DNA of 63,372 bases, filler included, from Nemertoderma westbladi (GCA_032718475.1; 3 parts of 3 records of this genome joined end to end with filler, not necessarily neighbours in it), one strand, 5' to 3'. Positions 38,631 to 50,864 are shown, counted from the whole stretch's first letter. Notes: generated from the sequence alone by a model not told the origin. Numbers and translations: made by a program.

Positions 38631-38955
38631 TGGGGCGAGCCACGAAGTGAGCGAAGCCTTAGCATATGGGTGCCATTGGCGAGAACCTGTCGTCATCGTC
38701 TGTCGTCGTAAATTTTTGATCGCTAATAACTCGGTTATTCCTTGATAAAATTAAACGAAACTTGGTACGTATGTAGTCCGTCAAAAGTGTAGAAAGAATC
38801 TGAAGATTGGTCAAAAACGAACGAACGCAACGGGGCACAATAAGAGGACGAATATTGTGTTGAAGACTTCTGAATAACGGCAGACAACTCGCTAATGGTG
38901 ACCATATGCTAAAGGCTTTGCTCACTTCGTGCTGCGCGAAGGCCCCACGAACGTG
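38631..38955 (+). mobile_element. ~325-bp insertion, possible Helitron/Helentron-associated non-autonomous element
   Basis: Absent at the paralogous site (about 33548); termini TGGGGCGAGCCACGAAG and GTGCTGCGCGAAGGCCC..CGTGTA recur at 53908-54041, with the 5' motif also at 35271-35296 (minus) and 54631. Confidence 0.55.
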
Positions 38956-38989
38956 TAATACCGGTAATACACAATACATATTACTGTAC

Positions 38990-39468
38990 TACCATGGCCT
39001 ACTATATATACGGCCTAACAGGTTGTCGATTTGGCCTTAAAAAAATAGGCCAGTTTTTTTTACACTATTTTGATATGGGGAGAGTTCTATAAATTTTCAT
39101 TTGCTACAATTTGGTCAACGGACGTAATTGAAGTCTCTCTGTTAAGTAAGATACTAAATTCTATGGTAGCTAGTGTTTTAGATAGTTTTAGCTAGTAATA
39201 TAATTCAACACTGGTTCCGACATCCTACTTTCTTCTATAAATATTTTGTAGTAGCGAGTTCTTATTACAATTTGTATAGAAAATGTCCCAGAACATGTTA
39301 GCTATTCATTTTTTAAAAAGTTATGTTCTAGAACAAATATTTTTTGTTCTAGAACATTTTTTAGAAAAAAATCTGGATTCTATTTAAAACGCATGTAATC
39401 GTTCTAAAACGTGTTTAAATAGTTTAAATTTTAAAGTTAAGTTTAAATAGTAGGCCAAGGCCATGGTA
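38990..39468. mobile_element. MITE with TACCATGGCC termini, specific to duplicate B
   Basis: TACCATGGCCTACTATA ... ATAGTAGGCCAAGGCCATGGTA inverted ends; absent from the paralogous upstream region of copy A. Confidence 0.6.
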
Positions 39469-40365
39469 CTACTACTAAACTGCAAGATATTTGCTTACTG
39501 CTTAGGCCTAGCCTTTAGGCCTAGTGCTGTAGTGAACTTGGAAATTCAGACAACTGGACAATGGAACGGTTTACTTGTGAGTCGAACAACGCATTGGTTA
39601 TTACCATATCTATGTTCGCGAACATCTGTTCAGAAAATGATTCGTTTGTGCGGACGTTTCTCGAAGAATACTTGGACGAGAACTCAAGTTTTCTGGACTA
39701 TTACATTGTTAATAAATGTACGGCAGGTCATATTACCGAATGGCTGCTGCGTTCACTCTCATCTGGGTCTAATAACGCCGCCACCACCTCGGATAACACG
39801 ACCCAATCACCGGCCACTGTCCCGACTGCCGGGTACCACGAGACCAGTATGCCGCAGTGTCCATTGACGACATCGGCGTCGACACCTACGTACCACCACA
39901 ATTACAATCCTGCGACAGGAAAGCATCCGCAATCTCGATACTCGAATCAACGCACGCCACCTTCCGAACCCTCCTTTATGCAGCCTGTGGTGAGGTTAAA
40001 ACATCTCAACCAGACAGACTTCCCGGGAGAACAAAGACAAATGGATCCCAAACTGAGTCCGATAGACACCAAATCAAACCTCATTGAATCTGAATCGAGT
40101 AATACTACAGCCAGTTCAACTTTATTACCTTATAACAACATATCCTCCTATACCCCCTCAGTAACCACAACCAACTCAAACCATTATTCTACCCAACCTC
40201 TATCAGCAGACCAGTCAGATGTTCCGGTAATCCTACGCATTAAGACGGAAGTCTAAGTCGAATATAAACCCGACCTAAATGAGGTTGGCGATGGTTTGGG
40301 TGATTTGTTCTCCACTATAGATGCAGCATATGTAATACGTCACGATATCCATATGCCGATATCTA

Positions 40366-41225
40366 CTCCCCGACCCCCAACTCCAGCCAGGGTCTCTCCC
40401 CACTCACTAACTCCCCTACCCCCCACACCACTCAGGATCTCTCCCCACTTACTAACTCCCCTACTCCCCACACCACCCAGGATCTCTCCCCACTTACTAA
40501 CTACCCGACCCCCCACACCATACAGGGTCTCTCCCCACTCACTAGCTCCCCTACCCCCCACACCACTCAGGATCTCTCCCCACTTACTAACTCCCCTACT
40601 CCCCACACCACCCAGGATCTCTCCCCACTTACTAACTACCCGACCCCCCACACCATACAGGGTCTCTCCCCACTCACTAGCTCCCCTACCCCCCACACCA
40701 CTCAGGATCTCTCCCCACTCACTAACTACCCGACCCCCCACACCATACAGGGTCTCTCCCCACTCACTAGCTCCCCTACTCCCCACACCACCCAGGATCT
40801 CTCCCCACTTACTAACTACCCGACCCCCCACTCCACCCAGGGTCTCTCCCCACTCACTAACTCCCCTACTCCCCACACCACCCAGGATCTCTCCCCACTT
40901 ACTAACTACCCGACCCCCCACACCATACAGGGTCTCTCCCCACTCACTAGCTCCCCTACCCCCCACACCACCCAGGGTCTCTCCCCACTCACTAACTACC
41001 CGACCCCCCACACCACCCAGGGTCTCTCCCCACTCACTAGCTCCCCTACCCCCCACACCACTCAGGATCTCTCCCCACTCACTAACTACCCGGCCCCCCA
41101 CACCACTCAGGATCTCTCCCCACTTACTAACTCCCCTATTCCCCACACCACCCAGTGTCTCTCTCCACTCACTAACTCCCCTACTCCCCACACCACCCAG
41201 TGTCTCTCCCCACTTACTAACTCCT
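40366..41225 (+). repeat. 45-bp minisatellite, ~19 units
   Basis: CCCCACACCA recurs at 40421, 40601, 40781, 40961, 41141 (180 = 4x45). Confidence 0.95.
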
Positions 41226-42074
41226 CACCAAGCTTCACTACTCTGTCTCCAGGCTCTTGACTTCGACTTAAACCTCTCCAACATCTACAACTTCCCGTCA
41301 AGTCCTAAATCAAGAACAGTTTCCGGTATCGGTGAGTTACTATGTGTTAGATTAAACAACCTTTAGTCCGTATTGGCGGGCAAACTAGTTAGAGCAATTG
41401 TTTATTTATAGTAACAGTTATGATAGTTCTGAGTTTAATTACCTCCTACCTCTCAGATATGAGTCTGGCTGGTTCTGATCTTTAACAAAAATATTTTAGA
41501 TTCATTCTTTGTTTTCCATGTTTTTTTCTATGATTGTTTAATTATTCAATCCGACAGCCAAGCCTTTCTCCTCAAAATATCAAATATACAGTACGAAGCC
41601 TATTTCCAAAACTATATTTCTAAAACAATAGATCAATCAAAGCTCATATTATGTAATTGACTAAAATATTAGCTAAATCCGAAGGTGCCGTATAGCCTAT
41701 GGGGTTTGAGGTCTCTGATTATATTACAACTTTCAAAATAATTTGTGATATAGTGATTCTGGCCTGGTCTCTGGTGGTACAAAAAACAAGTTGCACAACA
41801 TTTCAAAATGACAAATATTGTTGACTTTGTGAGGATAAAAAAATTAAAATAATATAATTACACAGTACAAGTAATATTCGTATCAGGATCACGATGCCAA
41901 TATTTTATGGTACCGGTAATGCAAATTTAAATTAATTATGCCTGCTATGAGATGAGTCTATGATTTTTGATTGTCCAACATTTTAACATTTACTTAAAAT
42001 CTTTTGATTCAGTATTAAAAATATAATATTCGCCCCGAAAAAAAATAATAACAAATTAGCCCTGTTCCTCTCCA

Positions 42075-42865
42075 TTATTGTGGTGGACTATAGGCGGACT
42101 CTGTCGATATTCATAAAGCTGATGGGGCCTTCAGATGCCATAGTCGTGTCGTATGTCCCCAGCAGCAGATCTAACCGATCTTGACTTTGCTGATGATCTT
42201 GGTTTACTGTCAGAAACATTGAGATTGAAGGGAGCACAGAAGCTGTTATCTAGATGTTGGACTCTATGAATTGTACAAAAACCAAAATTCTGAAAGTAAA
42301 CATCGACTCAGACCAGCAGAATATTTATCGGGATAACAATCAATCGCTGGAAGGACTGGAAAGTCGTGTGAATCACTTCTGTTACATTGGATTTTGGGTT
42401 TGGCTTGGAGGTCTGATGAAGATCTCCGTATTCGCACAGGGAGAGCCTGGTCTGCCGTCCATAAGCTATCCAGGATCTGGTAAAGTTGTGATATCGCATT
42501 ATATTTAAAGGTTCGCCTTTTCGTTGCTGCAGTGGGGTCTGTGCTGCTCTAGGGCAGCGCATACTATGGTTCTAACTGTAGCAGACACCCGGAATCTGGA
42601 TGGTGGTACATATACCAGAATGCTGCGCAAGGCGCACAACGTTGTCTATGATGCACACCTAAGCAACGAGGTGTTAAATAACTATGGCAACATCTCATTG
42701 CCAAGACCCAGTATCACTCTGCTGAGAAGCCGCATGAAACTTGATGCGAACTGCTTCCGCCGACAGGATCAACCTGTACACAACTTTGTGCTGTGGCAGC
42801 CCGTTGGTGAGAATTGACGTGGTGAAAATTACTTTCCTCAACTATGCTCAAGGATACATGACTTG
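42075..42865 (+). mobile_element. Diverged RTE-like LINE fragment in the intron of ZNF copy B
   Basis: LDFADDLGLL, FCYIG, YTRMLRK, CFRRQDQPVHNFVLWQP; a different subfamily from the other copies. Confidence 0.8.
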
Positions 42866-44808
42866 AATTATAAGTATAAAGTAGGAAAGTATATAATTTT
42901 AATCAATATTCTCCGTTATTAATTCCCTCCATTACTTTCTCTAGGCGACCAATCACAACCATCCCCTGATGATTCAGACATGCTCACTTCCGACGTTGGC
43001 GTAACACCCGGAAGTATGAATAATTCCTTCAACCAACCTGGTCCCTCTGGGATTCAACCCCAGGATATTGTGAGAGGAAGCCGCTCCACTGAGAAGTCGT
43101 TCAGCTGTGATACTTGTGGTAAGAGATTAACATGGAACAGCGACCTAATTGTACACCAACGGTACCACACCGGCGAGCGTCAATTACACCAATGCGGCAT
43201 CTGCAACAAACGATTCTCTGGACTAACTTCCCTAAAGACACATGCGAACACACACTGGAGAACGTCCGTACGTGTGCGATACGTAAAAATATCAAATTGT
43301 GTGATGCCATCCCGTGGAATAATTGAGAACCTTCATAATATGAGCTATTTTTTAGTTCAAACTGAGTAACTCGTACTCGAAGTTTGTTTGGTGTTTTCCA
43401 TCATTGCGTCTATGGGGCATTAACTCACTAGAATATTGATAACTTTAATTATATATAATATAATAATTCATTTGTTATTATTAGTAACTTTAATTTGTAC
43501 TGCTGTAATTGAAGATTGGGGTGCACTTTGCGTAATCAAATTCATCTCTCTCCAGGGGAAAATCAACTAATTTAGGCTTTGAATGAATTTGAATTAAATG
43601 AACTAATTTACAGATTCAATGTACCACACATGTACTGTTCTATTAGTTCTATCAATTCTAGAACAGTAGCTAAACTTACGTATTAAAAGGTTCCCTCTTC
43701 TATATGGACTTGATAATTGGTTTAGCTTGTCATAATTGTCGTCAGTTGTGCAATGGAAAACATGGCCTAAAAATATTTGTACTCACGGTCTCTATTGAAT
43801 TACCCTTGATGCTTATGGTGTCTACGAGGCTACATTTAAATGATTTAGGGATGTGTAGGTCATGAATTTAGATTTCTTAGTATTACGCCAATGGGGTATT
43901 TATTTGCGAAGGAATAGACGGGGTGGGTGGACAAATTTTGAAAATTTAGGCCTACTTACTTAACATACAGTATAGGCGTACAGGTACAGTAGTATCTACG
44001 GCTACCGGTGGTATACTCGGCACACGGTTTTTGTTTTCTTTCACTTTCAAATCTCAATTATTATGAGAATAAACGTTTATTTACTCATAATAAAAAATGT
44101 ACTAAATTTTTTTAGAAAAACTTAATAGTCGGGTTGTCTGGAATAAGAGAATTGTGGGTGGATTTTTTTTTCAAAAAATAATAGCCGTGTCGCCCCGTCT
44201 ATTCGGGACTCCTGAGTACGTAAACAGCATAGGCCTACTACAGTTAACCCGATACAATCCCGCCTTGTTTTGTCCCATGGGTAATCTACATTGGAGTGAG
44301 GGGTGGGGGGGATTTTTCTTCCAAATTTTAACAAATTTCCAAATTCTTCCAAAATTAAGATCTGTTACCAACACCCCCCCCCCCCCCCCCACGTCCTTTC
44401 ATACCACCTCCCCCCGTAACCAGGGACGGCAGGGTAACAGGAGGGGGGTAACGTGACTAGGGGTTATATTGAACAATTTCGCCAGTAAAAATAAAAATAT
44501 GGCGTGTTGAAAAATGTCGATAATACCGAGAGTAAACATATATAGAGATCGAGATTTTTTTTAAATATTATTATATTTAATTAATTTATCAACAATAAAT
44601 TAATTTATTGTCTACAAAATGAATACAAATAAAGCAATATTTATGTTATAAAAACATATCATATTACGACATATGATACTGTAGGTATGAAACTGGGTTT
44701 ATATCACCCCAGACCCCACCGTAGTGAGTCTAAAATCTATCTGCATAGGTCCAGTAGTTTAGGTCCTCTTGGCATATTTATTTTTAATTTCAAGACTTAG
44801 GCTACTTC

Positions 44809-45192
44809 TATGGTGGCACTGAAGGGCCAACAACTAATTTTTTTTGCTAAAACAAGTCGTGCGCACGACTTGTTACATCAGAAACAACTCGTGCGACGAC
44901 TTGTTTTGCTAAAACAACTCGTGCGCACGACTTGTTACTTCAGAAACAACTCATGCGCATGACTTGTTTTGCTAAAACAAGTCGTGCGCACGACTTGTTT
45001 CAAAACATGGAGTTATTTGATTTTGGCTTTTAGCGGTAAATTTGAAAAGATAACAAACAGGACTCATGTAATGATATACTGTAGTTTATTGTTTTGGTTA
45101 GAAATACCTGCCTCTGTAACCTGCTCCTGACAAGTCGTGCGCACGACTTGTTTTAGGAAAAGTGCCAGCAGTGGAACTTCAGTGCCACCATA
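44809..45192. mobile_element. IS3EU-like non-autonomous DNA transposon
   Basis: Perfect 16-bp TIR TATGGTGGCACTGAAG; 6-bp TSD TACTTC/TAATTC (5/6); internal palindromes AACAAGTCGTGCGCACGACTTGTT; superfamily inferred from the TAYGG end plus 6-bp TSD. Confidence 0.7.
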
Positions 45193-45585
45193 TAATTCAG
45201 TACTTATCATCTGTTTTTATTTCCATTGATTGTTTTGGTTCGACAATACCTGCTGTTAAAAATACTGTACTGCAGTAATTGTAAAATGCATTACACAGTC
45301 TGACAGTAGGCCTACTGCATGTTGCATGTGCTGTGTGGGGTGTCCGCTTGTGCATACTGCACTACATCACACTGTCACAGTCCAGCAGTCCACAGTCACA
45401 TATCTGCATGCATGTATGCTTGTGCTTGATTCCTGGCGGGACCACCCGGACTGCCGGACCATGGCTGTAGGCCTGTCAGCTGACAGTAATCACATTATCT
45501 AATGCTCTCCATGCAGCCATGTCTGTCTGACTCAACTGCGAATGCGGCAACTGAAATAATCGGATATTGATATAACAGTATTATA

Positions 45586-47127
45586 ATGGAAGAGACACCG
45601 ATGCCAATTGATATTTTCTCTACTAAATTGGTGGATTGGCTAGTTGATCGACGTATCTGCAGTTTAAAATGCCAATCGGATGTTTTAACAATCCGACAAA
45701 AAATAAATTCTGCTTTACAAACAATGCCTCCAATTGAAGAAGTTTTAAAGCTTTTAAAGGGAATTCATATTAATTATTGGCATTGCTTAACAATTGTCAA
45801 TTTATTCAAAGATACAGAAATTGGAAATACTAATATATTTGGTAGTTATTCTTCGAAAACCATGAAAGCGTGGCAGGAGATTCTGAAACTCTACGAGAAA
45901 AATAATACTTATTTGATAGAAGGCGCGACTATCTATATTCGTAATATTACCTACGAAATTCCCCATCTTAAGAAGAAAATATTAAAGTTACAACAAATTC
46001 AAATAGAAGCGGAAAAGAAGCAACAAGATTGCTTGAAACGGGCGAACGACGCCAACCAGAAATACTTTAATGATTGTCAAAAATTATCAATTACAGGAAA
46101 AAATCCTCGTTCGGAATTGGCCAAAGTTGTTCTCGGTCTTCCTGAAATATTTGAAGATATCGCGGAATCCATGAAAGGTTTGCGAAAAGGGATCTCTTAT
46201 TACCAAGATTTTGTTACGGAATTTCACGGCGCCGAGGGAAGTTGCCTTGCCGAAGATGAGCCCCAATCATACAGAGTAACTCAGTTGCTCACCTATATTA
46301 TAGAACACGGAAATGGTTTGGTTTACGACTGGAGGACCGGAAAATCGGCAGTGCGAGTGGAGAAGGAAGAGTTTAAGTTAGTAGCAGAAGATGAACACGA
46401 TTCTAGCACGGAATCGGTAGACGATGTCATCGATATAAAACCTTTCTCGATGGATTTAGTTGATGATATTGAGGTTGTTCAGTCGGAAGACGCTTTGGAT
46501 ATGATTGATTTTGGAGGGGATGACGATGTTGTTGTCTCTAACGATGTCGATGCTGTTTGCGAGGACGCCGGGATTACAGTTGAGGGCGACGGAGTGGAGG
46601 AATACGATGGAGTCGCTCGTGGGTCTGACGCGATGACTCTTCTAGAGAATCCGCCAACTCGAACCGTGGCTATCCACCAACTCCTGCAGTTACAAACATT
46701 CCTGAAACAACGACTAATCGACGTTGATTCCTCCGACGATGTTATTGTCACGTCTATGTTAGCTAACGCCTCTTCAGTGCAAAATTTAGGTAAATCAGAA
46801 ATTTCGTTAATATTAGAAGCGGTTTCTGAGACTATCGCTTCTCTTAATTCCCCGAAGATGAAACATTTGTGTTCGATTCGGGAATCTCCGACCTATCTGA
46901 ATCGACTGGTGGATTCCCTTAAACAGCACCTCAAGAGAGAAGATGATTATATTTCCCGCAAGAAGGTTTTATTAGTGAAGCAACAGGAGGCGCGTGCTGA
47001 GGAAGAGATTCTGCATCCTAAACTCGATCTTCTTATTGATAAAACTGAAGTTCTCCAGAGGCACATAGAAAGTGATATCTCCAAGAGATACAATAATCGA
47101 GAAATTAACATAGTCGGGAAATTTTAG
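45586..47127 (+). CDS. CDK5RAP3: CDK5 regulatory subunit-associated protein 3 (C53/LZAP), intronless
   Basis: PIDI..KLVDWLVDRR, INYWHC, NIFGSYSS..MKAWQEILKLYEK, YEIP.LKK, acidic middle region, C-terminal IESDISKRYNNREINIVG; AATAAA at 47141. Confidence 0.95.
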   Translation: MEETPMPIDIFSTKLVDWLVDRRICSLKCQSDVLTIRQKINSALQTMPPIEEVLKLLKGIHINYWHCLTIVNLFKDTEIGNTNIFGSYSSKTMKAWQEILKLYEKNNTYLIEGATIYIRNITYEIPHLKKKILKLQQIQIEAEKKQQDCLKRANDANQKYFNDCQKLSITGKNPRSELAKVVLGLPEIFEDIAESMKGLRKGISYYQDFVTEFHGAEGSCLAEDEPQSYRVTQLLTYIIEHGNGLVYDWRTGKSAVRVEKEEFKLVAEDEHDSSTESVDDVIDIKPFSMDLVDDIEVVQSEDALDMIDFGGDDDVVVSNDVDAVCEDAGITVEGDGVEEYDGVARGSDAMTLLENPPTRTVAIHQLLQLQTFLKQRLIDVDSSDDVIVTSMLANASSVQNLGKSEISLILEAVSETIASLNSPKMKHLCSIRESPTYLNRLVDSLKQHLKREDDYISRKKVLLVKQQEARAEEEILHPKLDLLIDKTEVLQRHIESDISKRYNNREINIVGKF

Positions 47128-48156
47128 GTATCGGGACCTAAATAAAACGTTTTTCTAATGGTATAACGAACCTGTTCCGGTTTATATTATTAGACGCCTA
47201 ATATACTTACTTTGTATCACTCCAACAGCAATCTTTAGTTTAAAAAAATTTAATATTAACTTGATAAACTAAAATATAAAACTAATACTAAAATTTAACA
47301 ATATTTTTGTGGTATTTATTTTTATAATTCGGTTATAGTGATAATGGACTAGACATTAGGGTTTCCAGAACTCTGTATTGAGGAGATTATATTATGTTTC
47401 AAACCCACCGTAGATCCATTAAAATACATCATAGATACAATAGAATACTATTCTAGATACAATAGAATACAACATAGACCAACATCAGTGACATCATCGC
47501 AACTTCCTTAATTTCAACTGTACTGCATTACATTTTGTAGCAGTAAAGCAAAGAAACCAATTTTAATTTGTTTTTTTCTCAAACTTCAAAATTCTCAAGC
47601 TTTTTCTCAAACGAATGTTCATTTTTAATTTTTTTTTATACGTTTTATGTATCGGGTTTTATTTTATGAATATAATTTTATAGTTTAAATTAAAAGTACA
47701 GATGATATTCATACGAATTTCATGGAGTATTATTACGCACAGTTCATATTAATAGAGTAATATTAATTCACTGAGCAATTTGTGTGACATTTTATTAAAT
47801 TAAGAATGATGGACATCTAATTTAAGAATAATTCAATATTTTGTCATTTTTTCAAACTTTTTAAGAAGCGAAAATATGAAGTAGAAATTACTTTCAGTTC
47901 AAAAAATAAATATAGTCCGGGAGAGTGAAGCTGAATGTTTTTTTTTGTGCTGGTGGTTGGTTGGGTGGTAGTATGTTATGTTTCCTATGTACTCTATATC
48001 CGTAATATTTAACAACTATGTATATGTTATTAATTAATATATTCTATGTTTTCGGGGTTTTGTGTTGTAATATACGCTACTGTATCTCCCGGAATAGTAC
48101 CAGATCACCGGGGTATTCGTCAGTAAAGCGAGTTACAATGATAGACACAAAGAAGC

Positions 48157-48485
48157 CACTACTACTCTTACTATCAGCAATCAGCATGCTGCATTGTAGT
48201 TGCATTATATATTTATATGTACTGTACATGGCTTAATTAAGAAAGCTATCCTTTAAGTATCTTTTAAGATGCGTCTCAAGATCAAGAATGTCATGGGCTG
48301 TCCACCATGCTTATTCACTCCACGAGGCTGCCAAAGTACAAGATTATGCACTGGCTGGTCCTCACGCCAAAAACAATGTCCTGCAAAGCGGGGGCGACTT
48401 TGTTCTAGTGTCAAGCTTGGGGGAACCAATGAGACACCTCCAATGTTATATAGTGTCTGGTTGGAGATGTGTGAATTGTACTTGA
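48157..48485 (-). mobile_element. RTE-like LINE 3' fragment
   Basis: Matches 10400-10610 plus a degenerate 3' UTR and TAG tail. Confidence 0.85.
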
Positions 48486-48537
48486 GTACTTGAACTGCTA
48501 TATATTTTTTAAAGCCACTACAGGCCTACTACAGGTA

Positions 48538-49318
48538 CCACAACATAGCTACCGCTACATAGGTCCCACAATATAGCTACCGCTACATAGGTCCCACAAC
48601 ATAGCTACCGCTACATAGGTCCCACAACATAGCTACCGCTACATAGTCCCACAACATAGCTACCGCTACATAGGTCCCACAACATAGCTACCGCTACATA
48701 GGTCCCACAACATAGCTACCGCTACATAGGTCCCACAACATAGCTACCGCTACATAGGTCCCACAACATAGCTACCGCTACAAAGGTCCCACAACATAGC
48801 TACCGCTACATAGGTCCCACAACATAGCTACCGCTACATAGGTCCCACAACATAGCTACCGCTACATAGGTCCCACAATATAGCTACCGCTACATAGGTC
48901 CCACAACATAGCTACCGCTACATAGTCCCACAACATAGCTACCGCTACATAGGTCCCACAACATAGCTACCGCTACATAGGTCCCACAACATAGCTACCG
49001 CTACATAGGTCCCACAACATAGCTACCGCTACATAGGTCCCACAACATAGCTACCGCTACATAGGTCCCACAACATAGCTACCGCTACATAGGTCCCACA
49101 ACATAGCTACCGCTACATAGGTCCCACAACATAGCTACCGCTACAAAGGTCCCACAACATAGCTACCGCTACATAGGTCCCACAACATAGCTACCGCTAC
49201 ATAGGTCCCACAACATAGCTACCGCTACATAGGTCCCACAACATAGCTACCGCTACATAGGTCCCACAACATAGCTACCGCTACATAGGTCCCACAACAT
49301 AGCTACCGCTACATAGGT
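48538..49318. repeat. 28-bp tandem minisatellite, ~28 copies
   Basis: CCCACAACATAGCTACCGCTACATAGGT head-to-tail, near perfect, no spacers. Confidence 0.97.
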
Positions 49319-50864
49319 CTTTTTGTGCCATTAACTCATAAGTGGTCATGTTGATCAGTTAAAAGTATGTTAAAGAAGGGGGTGTGGGGGGGGGTGGGGT
49401 CATATTAAATAAGACTTATAAATATGAATATCACCTACAACACAAGTTGTGACAAGTTCATTAAAAGAAATGGAACGACAATAAAATATTTCTAAAGTTT
49501 ATGTATAAATATATAGGAACATAAATTTATTTCATGTTTATAAATTAAAATTACGGGCAATAAATAATCAGTTTGTTGAGATACATAACATACGCGGTGC
49601 AATGCTCCAGGTTATTTTTACTATATTTTTTGTATAAAATTAGCAGAATCGAGGGAATGTCTTAACTGACCTAACGGTGGATTAATGTCGAAAATAAACT
49701 CGGTATTATTATCGTAAGCCTCGGAGGTTTTGGACATCGTTAACGTGTCATCTTTTATTATTATTCACGATAATTACTCTACACTTTGATAGAATCAATC
49801 AATTCAAGGGTTTTCATTTCCTTGGAATTCTAAATTATATTTTGTAAATTATTATCAAAAAGAGATCCCTTTTTTAGAGTTTCGACATTCATACGTTTTC
49901 AACTTCACCGACCGGTTATTAAAAAAATACAAAATACACTGATTTCAATGGAGATTGTTTATACTGTGATTGATTACATTGCAGCGTTCTGTTCTATAGG
50001 CCAGAACCCTTCAAAGTGGTTCTATTCAACTTTCAGATATGGGGACTATTGACGCAAATAACAGCTGATCAAAAATAATACTCACAAAAATAAACTGTAA
50101 CATGTTCCATTGACTTTAGTTTATTGTTTTGGTTAGAATGGCTGTGACTGTAAACTTTCCCTGAATTTATAATTTTACATTGAGGCTAAATATTAATTGT
50201 GGGATTTACGCTCAGTTCCCCCCTGAAACGTTTTGAACGGTTTGAAACATAAACGTTTGAGGATATCACAAGAGCACTGATGAGTTGACACATAGTGTAA
50301 CAAAAGGATAAATGAGTTGGGACTGACCGCAAATCCATTTTCGGCGAATTAATATCTAATCTCATTGGATAAAAGTAATAGGTGATGGATTAACAATGCA
50401 CTAATGCACACTTGTATAAGATAAAGGACCTAACTAACCAGTCTATTTAATTACTACATACATGGGGTAAGTGTTAAATAATAATCACGATCGTGCAGAA
50501 TTACAATTTAAAAATAAAAATTTATTTATATATAATATGATAATTTATATTTAATAATAATATGCATTGAATTACATGAAATACAATCATATTACCTCTA
50601 ATGTTAACAAAAATTAAATTATTCCTTTTCACCATTGTACTATTTTAGCTTGCCAATCAATATACAACACAGATGTATTACTCCTATAATGATTTCGGCT
50701 GTTGCACAAGCCACAACACAAGTCTACTAGTAATGCCTACGCTAAATTAGTTTTACAATACTCACTCGTATTGACTAACGTTGGCGCTATTGGCATTAGT
50801 TGGTAGGCCATACAATATGAGTTATATAGGCCGATATCTTATACCAGCTTGTCGGTATTTACAG

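Larger units (their letters stand above)
39561..43287 (+). pseudogene. C2H2 zinc-finger gene copy B (exon 1 39561-41331, exon 2 from 42945), disrupted
   Basis: High identity to copy A; nonsense TAA at 40254-40256 (GAA in A), frame disruption before the repeat, frameshift and stop in fingers 2-3. Confidence 0.8.

Noticed and set aside
40296-41366. 356-aa Pro-rich ORF and 283-aa antisense Gly-rich ORF as separate genes
   Set aside because: Alternative frames of the 45-bp repeat in ZNF pseudogene B
48538-49318. CRISPR array
   Set aside because: Units are contiguous with no unique spacers, there are no cas genes, and the context is eukaryotic
50260-50310. Hammerhead-like CTGATGAG plus hairpin
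   Set aside because: Followed by CAAAA rather than CGAAA; stems I and III do not pair
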